Below, in pieces: positions 8,644 to 17,441 of a stretch of 20,000 nt of DNA. Source of the DNA: an uncultured virus (IMG/VR IMGVR_UViG_3300037357_000283) (Duplodnaviria; Heunggongvirae; Uroviricota; Caudoviricetes); IMG/VR virus record IMGVR_UViG_3300037357_000283; one strand, written 5' to 3'. Position 1 is the stretch's first letter. Each line of letters starts with the position of its first letter. The translations under genes and the position numbers were made by a program. Below the pieces are notes generated by a model. The model was not told the origin of the DNA. It ran no database searches and saw only the letters and a list, made by a program, of their open reading frames with translations.

Positions 8644-9720
8644 GTGCCGTCTATTAAACTCAATCGTGCTCCGGTTGCTCCCCCGGTCGGATATCCGCTG
8701 CAGTCCAGCTTGCCGCTTCCGCTTGCTGAAACCAATGAAGCACAGCGGCGGGCATTACCCCTGACCGCTGGTGTTGTTTATCAGCGCGAGGGTGGAGCTA
8801 TGTTACCGGTGGCTAATCCGCCGCCAGAAACCGCAGATACGGTCGTTGCGATGCAGCAAGACGTCGCGGCGGGACGATCTATTCTTCCCGTACCGCTGAA
8901 CACGCCCAAGGTTAAGCTGACTCCGGTGGATATCGGACAATTGAATGCCAGTCAGCAACGGAAATATCAGGAAGCGATTCATAGTGCAGTGGTTCCAGCG
9001 GCAGCCGCGCCGGTTATGCAACCGGCGCCTGTACCACAGTCCGCTCCTGTGCCACCATCGCGACCAATATCCGATGTTGCCCAGAAAGTGCTTACAGCAG
9101 AGAAATTCGATATCCCAACCGAAGAACCTGCGAGCCAGACGCCCGCAGCAATTGCGGCCGCGTCGGGGCTTAGCACGCTGACCCACTGTCCGCGTTGCCG
9201 GCATGATCTCAGTGCAGCTTTTCCCACCGAACCGACGCGCGAAGAAAAGCTTCTTTTTAAGGCAACGATGATGCTGGGGGACAATCAGCCATTCACCAAA
9301 ATGTATTCCCGCATGAAGGGGGAAATGCAGATTACGTTCCGGTCTTTGACGGTCCAGGAAATTGACGCTTGTTTTGCTCAAGCGCAGAAAGATCTCGATG
9401 CTGGCCGGGCGACCAACATCATGGAGAAGATTGAGCGGATTCGCCGTTATCATACGTTTCTGCAGTTGCGCCGGCTCAAGACCACAATGAAGGACATCGC
9501 ATTGCCTGCGGGTCTTGCGGGCTTCAATCACAATGCCGAGAAAGCCAACGACGTTTGGGAGACCACAACCGCCGAGCCGCTGTTGGAAGTCGAGAAGTAC
9601 ATTCTCGACGAGGTTCTGGCGACGGCGCCACTGGCCCGTATCGTGCAGGCCAGCTGGGACGAATTCAATCTGCTTTGTTCCAAGCTGGAAGCGATGGCCG
9701 CCGAGCCGGATTTTTGGTAG
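8644..9720 (+). CDS. Tail assembly chaperone (lambda gpG-equivalent) with long Pro/Ala-rich N-terminus
   Basis: GTG start with SD GGAGG. TAC-like ITFRSLTVQEIDA motif. Ends PDFW* on a slippery site. Located upstream of the tape measure gene. Confidence 0.7.
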   Translation: MPSIKLNRAPVAPPVGYPLQSSLPLPLAETNEAQRRALPLTAGVVYQREGGAMLPVANPPPETADTVVAMQQDVAAGRSILPVPLNTPKVKLTPVDIGQLNASQQRKYQEAIHSAVVPAAAAPVMQPAPVPQSAPVPPSRPISDVAQKVLTAEKFDIPTEEPASQTPAAIAAASGLSTLTHCPRCRHDLSAAFPTEPTREEKLLFKATMMLGDNQPFTKMYSRMKGEMQITFRSLTVQEIDACFAQAQKDLDAGRATNIMEKIERIRRYHTFLQLRRLKTTMKDIALPAGLAGFNHNAEKANDVWETTTAEPLLEVEKYILDEVLATAPLARIVQASWDEFNLLCSKLEAMAAEPDFW

Positions 9721-9769
9721 GCGACCGGACGGCCGCCCTGATGGATCGGGCGGTGATGACCGGTCGCCT
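9708..9769 (+). promoter_or_regulatory. Programmed -1 ribosomal frameshift signal (G GAT TTT plus 3' hairpin)
   Basis: Zero-frame codons CCG GAT TTT TGG TAG. The -1 frame reads GGA TTT TTG GTA GGC and stays open to 10202. Stem AGGCGACCGG (9719-9728)/CCGGTCGCCT (9760-9769) with inner stem CCGCCC/GGGCGG. Confidence 0.75.
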
Positions 9770-10202
9770 GGATTTCCGCAAAGCGCGTTGGGAAGATCCT
9801 GCCTGGATGCGTTACTACAACAGCGTCATGGCATTGCTGGAGAAAGAGACGCTGCAGGAAGCAACCGCGGCAGCGTATCCATTTCATCTCCTGCTTTCTC
9901 ATCTTAAGAAGGATTTCCAGCCAGCGCAAGAGGGTTACTTCGATCTGATCGGTTATCTGCGCCCCTGGGAGGGTGAGAGTTTCAAGGCCCGCAAGCGCAA
10001 CGAACTTCGCGATAGCCGGGAACTTTACAAGGCAACCTTCGGCGTTGATCCTGCTTCGCCGGAGTTCAAAGCCTTCGAAGCGGTGCAGATTCGCCGCTGG
10101 CTGGCAGGTGAATTCAATAAAGTGGACGCTGCAGCAGACAACGAACACAAGATTCTCCAGCAGCGGCGAAATTGGAAGGGCAAGCCTCAGCGGCGACAAT
10201 AG
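9714..10202 (+). CDS. Frameshift-accessed C-terminal chaperone extension (gpT-equivalent of a gpGT fusion, about 519 aa total)
   Basis: Lies in the -1 frame relative to 8644..9720, between the TAC and tape measure genes. The protein-like helical sequence begins at the slip site (LVGDRTAALMDRAVMTGRLDF). ATG 9741 has no clear SD and lies inside the hairpin. Confidence 0.7.
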   Translation: MVGDRTAALMDRAVMTGRLDFRKARWEDPAWMRYYNSVMALLEKETLQEATAAAYPFHLLLSHLKKDFQPAQEGYFDLIGYLRPWEGESFKARKRNELRDSRELYKATFGVDPASPEFKAFEAVQIRRWLAGEFNKVDAAADNEHKILQQRRNWKGKPQRRQ

Positions 10203-10211
10203 AAAGTCACG

Positions 10212-13200
10212 ATGTCTTATCCAGATCCATACGGCGCAAGTGTAGTACAGCAAGTGCCATTATCCCTGCTGCCTCAGCTAAGCTGGGCAAATGGGAATCC
10301 CTATACCCCATTCGGCGGCATGGAGGGATTACTACCACCCGGTACTAATCCGGGTGTTGGCATGATGGCGATGATGGCGCAGAGCGCTGGGATGAGCCAA
10401 GCCGGACTATTCGCGGGAGGTCTTGGCGGCGGCAATATAGCCCAAATGATGGAAAGCCAGCAGACCTTCCGGTCCCAGATGGCTTTGCAGGCACAAATGG
10501 CCCAAGCCGAACGCCAGAACATGATGGGGACGGCCCGCGGCCTCGCAGAGATTACCGGTATGGGCTGGGGTCCGGCACAATTTAATACGGCCAGCAGTGC
10601 AGCAAATCTCATCGCGTCGGCCGGTCCGATGATGAATATGTTTTTTCCGGATCTCATGGATCAGCTCAACGGTCCAAGTGGTTCACCGGCGCAGTTTGCC
10701 ACCAAGTTCGCTGAAGCGCAGCGCTACCGGATCAACTCTTTAGGGGCACCAGGAAATATTGGCTTTACGCCCAGCAGCTTCGGGGATGCGAGCACCATGC
10801 TGCTGGGGCAGATGCAAAGCAGCGGCAGTACCGGCGGTTTCCGTGCTGGTCAGTTGGGTGACATCTACTCACAGTTAAGCGCTCGCGGCTATATGCCTGG
10901 CATCGACAGTAGCGGCGGTGCCGGGGGTACCGCAGCAACACCGGACGTGACCAAGATCAAAGCGACGATGGATAAATATCTCCAGACAGTCAACGCCATG
11001 CGCGATATCTTCGGTGACAACGGCAATCCTAATGCACCGATCAAACAGATTTTCGATGCCCTTGATGCCCTGACACAAGGGGGAATGGGCCGGGTATCGC
11101 CTGGACAGTTGGGAACTATGGTTCGTAATACACAACAGATAGCAACGTCCACCGGGCTACAAATCGGCGGCATGATGATGTTGCAGCAGGGGGTTCTGCC
11201 TTATGCCCAATCTTTAGGACTTCCTGGTGAGCAGACCATGCTGCTAGCTCAACAGGGAGCAGCGTTCGGGCAGGCTTTCGGTTCTCTAGGGTTGGCCCCG
11301 GTCTGGGGTGGCCTGGATAAGAATCAGATTGCCATGACTTCTACCAGATTGACTGCCAGCGCCGCAGCAAGTTACGAGGCCCAGCGCATGGCGGTTGCTG
11401 TTCGCGCCGCTGAGGAGCACGGACTCGTTGCCGGTAAAGGGAGTGCTCTCGGGGATTATGCCGAGAAAGTGAGGCAAGGTACTGCGACGTTAATGGGCAG
11501 CGACGCGTTTGGCGCGATGATGAGTCAGGCGGGGATTAATTCTTCAGATGTTCAGATCATGCTGCGGCAGGGGATGAATAACGACGTCATTACCCAGTAC
11601 GATATTGGCAGCACCGTCCGGGGACAGCAGCCCGCGATGTTCCAACAACGGATATTGAATCCGGCTATGCGGGCGACGCTGATGCAGCGGTTTGGTAGTA
11701 AATACACCGGGGAGCAGTATACGGAAATGGCCGCGCGGTTTAGTGCTGCTGTAGCCAATATTGATCCGAAAACGTTGCACGACAGAAATGCGCTTCCTGG
11801 TGCGTTGGCGGATATATTCGCCGGTGGTGGTTTGGGACTTTCGCGCGGTGATGCAGAGACGCTAGGCGGTCTATTTCAGGGCGCTGGTGATGATGTCGCC
11901 CGGGCTGCGGGTTTTGGCGGCCTGGTCGGTGGTCTGGATTTATTCAATCCGGCAACGCTCCGCAAGGCAGCGATTGATCGGCAGATTCTAGCGTTCCATG
12001 GAAAAGTCATGGATGCTTATGCACCGTTGGGCCGAGGCGGAATGCTCTCACGCATGATGGGTTATCTGCAGGATATTGGCACTACACCTGGCGGTGAGGG
12101 CGCTGACCAAGCTTTGATTGGGCTGGGTAAAATGCTTGGCGGTATCAGTCAGAAAGAACTTGGGGATACCGGAGTTGATGTTGCAGCCAGGCAAGCCAAC
12201 GTTAGTCGGGCAAAAATCGATAATTTATCGCAGCAGCTGGCCAATTTACCGGATAATGCGTCGCAGGCGGATCGCGATAATATTACAGCGCAGATTAACA
12301 GTGAAACCACCATACTGCAGGCGACGGTTGGCACCATTGGTAAAGCACTTAAACCGTATCTCCAGAATGGCGTCTCAGCGGTTTCGGCGGATGATATTGC
12401 CCGGTTCGGCACTCTTGGTTCTTTTGCCGCTAATATCAATATCAAGCCGGGGCAGGACCTCGACGCTTGGTTCAAGGGTAAAGACGGCAAATACTACAGT
12501 GACCTGGTGAACACCCGCGCCAAGCTGGGCAGCGACATGGCCAATGCCATTCTCAACGATGATGCCACGGGGCAGCGGTTTGGCGTTAACGGAATTACAC
12601 TGGCCAAGAAATACCAGACGGCGAGTGCGGGTATGCTGGCTTTGGCCGGTCGTTATGCTGGTGGTGATTTAGCCAAGCTCCAGGCCATGGCTGCGAACGG
12701 GACATTAACTGGAGATGACTTGGTCAATTTCCAGAAATATACCGCGGATGAGGTAAGCAGCATGAGTAGTCTGGGCACCATTAAAGCTTCTGGTAAGGAA
12801 CTGACTGATGAGCAGAAGGCGGACGTCGCAAAAGCGCAAAATGCTGCTCGCGCGGGTGATAAGGATAGCCGCTCAACAGCCCAATTGTTCCTTGATAAGT
12901 TGGGGCTGGGAAGCTCCGGATCGCTCAGTGACGACCAAACCGGTCAACTGGGTGACATGCTCAAGACGGATAAGGGCCGGGCGCTCATGGCTAACGTCAT
13001 GGGGGATATCAGTAAGTTCAAGGGTATTGACAATATTCAGAGTCTGTTGGCCCGTAGTCACAGCGGGGCTACGTTGAGTTCAGCCGACCAGGCGAGCATG
13101 GACAGCCTTAAGTATCTCGATAGCGACGAGGGAGGAAATTTACTAGGGGCCATCGGAACGGGCGATTCCACCAAGATTTACGACGCTGTGCAGAAGGCAA

Positions 13201-13379
13201 CCAGCGGCAGTAAGCCCGCGGACGATAAGAACAACCTCGACGGTGCGACATTGCTGGTTAAGGGAACGGTGGATGTTAAGAGTGGTCAGATAGATCTCAC
13301 AGGTAACGTGGACACTAAATCAGTGACACAGAATGCTCAAAACAAAGCATATGTGCCAACCAGTACACATACTAAGTAG
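10212..13379 (+). CDS. Tape measure protein
   Basis: 1055 aa, rich in Ala/Gly/Gln/Met and largely helical in pattern. Follows the frameshifting chaperone pair and precedes baseplate genes. No lytic domain recognised. Confidence 0.8.
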   Translation: MSYPDPYGASVVQQVPLSLLPQLSWANGNPYTPFGGMEGLLPPGTNPGVGMMAMMAQSAGMSQAGLFAGGLGGGNIAQMMESQQTFRSQMALQAQMAQAERQNMMGTARGLAEITGMGWGPAQFNTASSAANLIASAGPMMNMFFPDLMDQLNGPSGSPAQFATKFAEAQRYRINSLGAPGNIGFTPSSFGDASTMLLGQMQSSGSTGGFRAGQLGDIYSQLSARGYMPGIDSSGGAGGTAATPDVTKIKATMDKYLQTVNAMRDIFGDNGNPNAPIKQIFDALDALTQGGMGRVSPGQLGTMVRNTQQIATSTGLQIGGMMMLQQGVLPYAQSLGLPGEQTMLLAQQGAAFGQAFGSLGLAPVWGGLDKNQIAMTSTRLTASAAASYEAQRMAVAVRAAEEHGLVAGKGSALGDYAEKVRQGTATLMGSDAFGAMMSQAGINSSDVQIMLRQGMNNDVITQYDIGSTVRGQQPAMFQQRILNPAMRATLMQRFGSKYTGEQYTEMAARFSAAVANIDPKTLHDRNALPGALADIFAGGGLGLSRGDAETLGGLFQGAGDDVARAAGFGGLVGGLDLFNPATLRKAAIDRQILAFHGKVMDAYAPLGRGGMLSRMMGYLQDIGTTPGGEGADQALIGLGKMLGGISQKELGDTGVDVAARQANVSRAKIDNLSQQLANLPDNASQADRDNITAQINSETTILQATVGTIGKALKPYLQNGVSAVSADDIARFGTLGSFAANINIKPGQDLDAWFKGKDGKYYSDLVNTRAKLGSDMANAILNDDATGQRFGVNGITLAKKYQTASAGMLALAGRYAGGDLAKLQAMAANGTLTGDDLVNFQKYTADEVSSMSSLGTIKASGKELTDEQKADVAKAQNAARAGDKDSRSTAQLFLDKLGLGSSGSLSDDQTGQLGDMLKTDKGRALMANVMGDISKFKGIDNIQSLLARSHSGATLSSADQASMDSLKYLDSDEGGNLLGAIGTGDSTKIYDAVQKATSGSKPADDKNNLDGATLLVKGTVDVKSGQIDLTGNVDTKSVTQNAQNKAYVPTSTHTK

Positions 13380-13388
13380 ATGCACTAT

Positions 13389-13931
13389 ATGGCCGTATTG
13401 CTTCCAGGTTCGCCCGGTATCGTCATCGCTTTGCAGGATCCTGCAGCGCAGGCGCTGTTGCCGTTGGTTAACTTCACTCCGGCGATTACCGGCACAACTT
13501 CCTCGGGTGTTTATTCCCTGGCTGGCAGCTTGTTTCATAACAGTAACAGTTCTGTGGCACGGGTTCTGATTACCGCCGTAGCCCTTAGCGAGACAGTGAA
13601 CCAGCAGATTATGCACACCTTGGGTGGAGCCATCTATTTGTACGTCTTTGGTGATCGGGTGAGCCAGGTAACGTTTTCGGGTGTCTGCAGTGCCGGCGGT
13701 TGCGCTAATGGCGACGGTACGCACGGCGTTGAGCTGGTGCGGAGTTGGTACAACAAATACAAGGCATCAGCCTCGACAGCTTTGGTCTCCCTGTTGATTG
13801 GTCGGCAGACGACGGTCACGGGTATCATCAATGGATTTAACACCAGCGTCACCGATCCGAGTACACAATTGATGCAGTTTGCCATGCAAATGCAGGTGTT
13901 GCCGGGCAAGGCGTCGGCGGCAACCAAATGA
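13389..13931 (+). CDS. Tube-fold baseplate protein/tail tube initiator (gp48/gp54-like)
   Basis: ITAVALSETVNQQIMHTLGGAIYLYVFGDRVSQVTFSG parallels the tube motif of 5324..5869, and the size is similar. Lies directly after the tape measure gene. Start is ATG 13380 or 13389. Confidence 0.6.
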   Translation: MAVLLPGSPGIVIALQDPAAQALLPLVNFTPAITGTTSSGVYSLAGSLFHNSNSSVARVLITAVALSETVNQQIMHTLGGAIYLYVFGDRVSQVTFSGVCSAGGCANGDGTHGVELVRSWYNKYKASASTALVSLLIGRQTTVTGIINGFNTSVTDPSTQLMQFAMQMQVLPGKASAATK

Positions 13932-14707
13932 TTAATCACATTCGAACAATTCTGTTGGGTTGTCCTGGAAATACGCCGGTGCTTCCCTGGGTCATTGGCG
14001 AGGAATATGTTCCGCCCGCTTATCAGCCTGCTATGCTTACGGGTCCGCTGCAGCAGGTTCGCGACGCTTTATTCGGCAAGAATCCCGATCGTAGTTATCT
14101 CAACTACCAGCTGGCGCGTTACATGACGATTCTCCACGCCACCGAGCTTGCGGAGTTTGTTTACGCCGCCGATCCGCGGATTACTTACCCGTCGGCGACT
14201 TCTTTGGCTTTGTTCAATCCCAGTCTTTTTCAGCCAGCGCAGCAGACGCCATCGGGTGAACCGCCGTTGATCCTGCAAGGGTTGCCAGCAGCACCAGATA
14301 CCCAGGGGCAGAGTTATCAAGAGTTTTCGCTTCAAACTAATGCGGGTATCTTGTCCGTGCTGCAGACTTATCCAGCTCCGGCGGTAACGATACAGACTCC
14401 ATATGTCCTTGAGTCGGGGTTAGGACCACTTATCGCACTTGGGACCAGTGGTTACAGCGTTCGTGTTCCTGCGGCTACAGACGGCACAGTGTGGGGGATT
14501 CGCTGTAATCTGCGCCCGCAGCTCGATCCTGGACAGACGTTCCAAAAAGTCTATGACCTCGGTGCCGCAACGCAGTTGGCGCTCTTCACTGGTGACAACG
14601 TTGAACCAATGATGACCTTTCACAATTTATTTTTATATCATTCAGAGCTGCCTTATCGGCTAGGCGCCGTCTTGCTGGCCCTGGCAACACAGCTGGAGGC
14701 CGCCTGA
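13928..14707 (+). CDS. Hypothetical protein, probably baseplate-associated
   Basis: Coupled to both neighbours (ATGA and TGATG overlaps). Helical termini flank a beta-rich middle. No family recognised. Confidence 0.55.
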   Translation: MINHIRTILLGCPGNTPVLPWVIGEEYVPPAYQPAMLTGPLQQVRDALFGKNPDRSYLNYQLARYMTILHATELAEFVYAADPRITYPSATSLALFNPSLFQPAQQTPSGEPPLILQGLPAAPDTQGQSYQEFSLQTNAGILSVLQTYPAPAVTIQTPYVLESGLGPLIALGTSGYSVRVPAATDGTVWGIRCNLRPQLDPGQTFQKVYDLGAATQLALFTGDNVEPMMTFHNLFLYHSELPYRLGAVLLALATQLEAA

Positions 14708-16614
14708 TGTCAGCAGCGGTTCCCAATAATAACTGGGCCTACACGTCGTTCATCGGCGAAGGTGGTAGTACCAGCTCGACGTATTTGGTTCTCGGCGATA
14801 CCGGGAGTACGACAAGTTATGCGCTGACGTCGTTCTCTTGTGCTTTTGCCATGAACCAAATCCCCGAGGCGATGTGCATATTGTCGCTGGGACGCCGCCT
14901 TGATTCGGGGAGTCCGTCCGCGGCGGATGCTATTGGTATTTTGCCGCGCATGACCAAGGCACAAGTTTGGACGCGCATTGTTGGTAATTTTTCGGTCGAT
15001 GACAACACCAAGTGGCCATCACAAGCAACCGACGTCTATCCCAAGGGGTATTACCTTGCTTTTGACGGTTACTTCACCGGTTCGGCTTATCAGAAGATTG
15101 GCGGCAAGGTAAACTACGTCGCCCATTTGGTTCACTGGTTGGTCGATCTGACAATGAGTTCAGCCTTGAGCTCAGCCAGTCACGTCGCAAATTCGGCAAT
15201 ACTCTCCTGCTCTGCGGTGACCTGTCCGGCCATAGGAACCGTCGGGGCAGATGGATTGATTATCACCACAGATGGCCCCACGTTGGCGAGCCTTTTACCG
15301 GCATCGGGAATGGGCGCCTACGTGAGTGGGGCGACCATTGAGACCGATGTGTTTATCGATTTTTGGGCAGCGATTAAAACTTTGTTGTGCGCCGTCGCCG
15401 GTTACAAAGATGGGTTGAACACCAAGAATGCCACGATTTCGCCGATATTTCAAGGTATCTGGAGTCCCCGGGCACTTACGGCGTTACAGCGTTTTGAGGG
15501 TCCGACCTTCAGTACCGATCCGGCCGATAAGGCTAACTCCATGCCCTATGTCTATGGGCAACCACTGCCTCTGACAATTCAGGGTCTTAACGTCAGTAAG
15601 TCTGGTGTTGATATCCAGAGCGGGCTTTCGCAATTCCTCGCCGGGACAGTGGCAACGACGCTGTGGAATACGACATTGTGGGATTGGTTGGTCAGCGGCT
15701 TGTTGCCGATGTTCGGCATGGCGCTTTGTCCGGCGGTTGATCGCGTGGTGATCGTTGCCGATATTCCTGCCTTCCGCGCGCCTCTGGCTACAAACACCAA
15801 AGGGGCTAGTGCCGCCAGTAGTATTCCACTTCGCCAGACTTGGCGAACAATTCCACCCGAGGATTATGAGTTTGTTGCCCAGAACAGCTTGGTGCCGCGG
15901 CCCCTTCGCGCTGTTATTGCGGTCAGCGGAAACGCTGGAGATAGTGATACGTCGGGGGTTACGACCGGGACATCAGGCTCACCCGGCGGCGGGGCTGATT
16001 TGTATGCGATTTATCCACCGGACGCGGCGCAGCAGGCAATCGATAACCCACTGGCTGGCGCTGGCGTGGTGCTGATCCGGTCAATTCCCCCGTGGATCTA
16101 TCCAATTATCACCGCGACACCCACTGCGGGAACCGCTAGCGGACAAGCGGCGCAGACCGCCGTGCAATCAAGCCTGATGAATATCAAGGGAACGACAACA
16201 CCACCTGCGTCGACGGCTTTAACTGCGCTAGATACCATGCCGGTGGCACGTGATCTCCTGGAGCGGTATGCGCAGACGATTTTTTATACTGAGGGCCTGC
16301 GCGGGCGGTCGGGGCAGTTCAGCGGTAAACTGAGATTTGATATCGCCCCCGGCGCCCACATTCGTCTGGCTGGAAGTCCGGAGTTGTTCCTTGGCGGTAA
16401 AGACGCCTTGGCTAGCGATCTCTATGCCCAGGTCAGTCGGGTGACGCTGGAGATCAATTCCGAGGCACAGCGCGCGGTGACTGCTTTTGCAATCACGCAC
16501 CAGCGGACGCCGACGGAAAATAATGACGACATGACCAGCGGGTCGGAGCATCCTTTGTTTCTCAAGGCCGTCACTTTGGGTTTTCCGCTGCAGCCGACGT
16601 TGCTGGCGAAATAG
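14707..16614 (+). CDS. Baseplate hub protein (gp27/gpD-like)
   Basis: N-terminal barrel pattern (LTSFSCAFAMNQIPEAMCILSLG...AFDGYFTG). Central TLWDWL..LLPMFGMAL. C-terminal helix plus barrel (LERYAQTIFYTEGLRGRSGQFSGKLRFDIAPGAHIRL...LYAQVSRVTLEI). Confidence 0.7.
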   Translation: MSAAVPNNNWAYTSFIGEGGSTSSTYLVLGDTGSTTSYALTSFSCAFAMNQIPEAMCILSLGRRLDSGSPSAADAIGILPRMTKAQVWTRIVGNFSVDDNTKWPSQATDVYPKGYYLAFDGYFTGSAYQKIGGKVNYVAHLVHWLVDLTMSSALSSASHVANSAILSCSAVTCPAIGTVGADGLIITTDGPTLASLLPASGMGAYVSGATIETDVFIDFWAAIKTLLCAVAGYKDGLNTKNATISPIFQGIWSPRALTALQRFEGPTFSTDPADKANSMPYVYGQPLPLTIQGLNVSKSGVDIQSGLSQFLAGTVATTLWNTTLWDWLVSGLLPMFGMALCPAVDRVVIVADIPAFRAPLATNTKGASAASSIPLRQTWRTIPPEDYEFVAQNSLVPRPLRAVIAVSGNAGDSDTSGVTTGTSGSPGGGADLYAIYPPDAAQQAIDNPLAGAGVVLIRSIPPWIYPIITATPTAGTASGQAAQTAVQSSLMNIKGTTTPPASTALTALDTMPVARDLLERYAQTIFYTEGLRGRSGQFSGKLRFDIAPGAHIRLAGSPELFLGGKDALASDLYAQVSRVTLEINSEAQRAVTAFAITHQRTPTENNDDMTSGSEHPLFLKAVTLGFPLQPTLLAK

Positions 16615-16623
16615 AGGCGAAAC

Positions 16624-17430
16624 ATGTTCGATATTTTACACGGACTCGATACGACACCCGGCGGTTCGCTTAGTGGTTCGGTTAGTTCGATTACTTCGCC
16701 TTCTGTTCCAGAAGATAAAACAACACCTGACGTGGCCATTCCTCCTGAAGTCCTGTGGAAGGCTTGGAAGAAAACACCGACGCCGCAGAACAGTGTTGCA
16801 ATGCTTAACAGTCTCGATAGCACGATTGATAGGGCGATACAGAGTCAGACCGGGACTTTGGATCCGGTACTCAAAGGCAAGGCCCGGGTGATGACCATGG
16901 ACGCCATGGAACGCTATGATCCCTCCAAGGGTAAACTGGTCAGCCATCTCTATAACCATCTGCAGGGGCTCAAGCGCTATAGTGCGCAGATGGGCGCGGG
17001 GGTGCATATCCCTGAGCGGTTGAGTCTAGACCGGCAAATGGTTCGGCTAGCGAAACAGGAACTTAACGATCGGCTAGGCCGGGAACCTACTGAAGATGAA
17101 CTCGCCGACCGCACAGGGATGTCGCCTAAACGTCTGGAACAGATTCGTGGTGTCTCTCCGGCGATGAGTGAAGGGTATTTCTCCTCGCTGGGCGATGAAG
17201 GCGAAGGCGGATTTATGCCGGCGGTTCGAGGTACTTCTTCGCCGGCTTGGGAAAAGCTTGTCATGGCAGAGATGCACCCGATTGATCAAAAGATCATCGA
17301 ATATCACCGTATGGGGTTACAGAATGGCCGTATTGCTGAGAAGCTCCGGATTAGTCCTGGTCGCGTCAGCCAGCGGAAACAAGTGATTCAGCGTATGCTG
17401 GATCAGGAAGATTCGCTGTCGCCGTTTTAG
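16624..17430 (+). CDS. Sigma-70 family RNA polymerase sigma factor, FliA/WhiG/SigF-like, divergent
   Basis: Region 2 AMERYDPSKG. VHIPERL linker. Region 3 LNDRLGREPTEDELADRTGMSPKRL. Region 4 HTH MHPIDQKII...NGRIAEKLRISPGRVSQ. SD GAGG upstream. Confidence 0.88.
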   Translation: MFDILHGLDTTPGGSLSGSVSSITSPSVPEDKTTPDVAIPPEVLWKAWKKTPTPQNSVAMLNSLDSTIDRAIQSQTGTLDPVLKGKARVMTMDAMERYDPSKGKLVSHLYNHLQGLKRYSAQMGAGVHIPERLSLDRQMVRLAKQELNDRLGREPTEDELADRTGMSPKRLEQIRGVSPAMSEGYFSSLGDEGEGGFMPAVRGTSSPAWEKLVMAEMHPIDQKIIEYHRMGLQNGRIAEKLRISPGRVSQRKQVIQRMLDQEDSLSPF

Positions 17431-17441
17431 GAGATTTTACC

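Noticed and set aside
9555..9713. 5' part of the 215-aa ORF as an independent gene start
   Set aside because: It overlaps the chaperone gene and reads as an Arg/Gly-rich off-frame sequence. The -1 frameshift explains it better.
15523..15530. GCCGATAA, a perfect sigma-28 -10 box inside the hub gene
   Set aside because: No TAAA -35 element at the right spacing, it is intragenic, and the local sigma has a divergent region 2.4.
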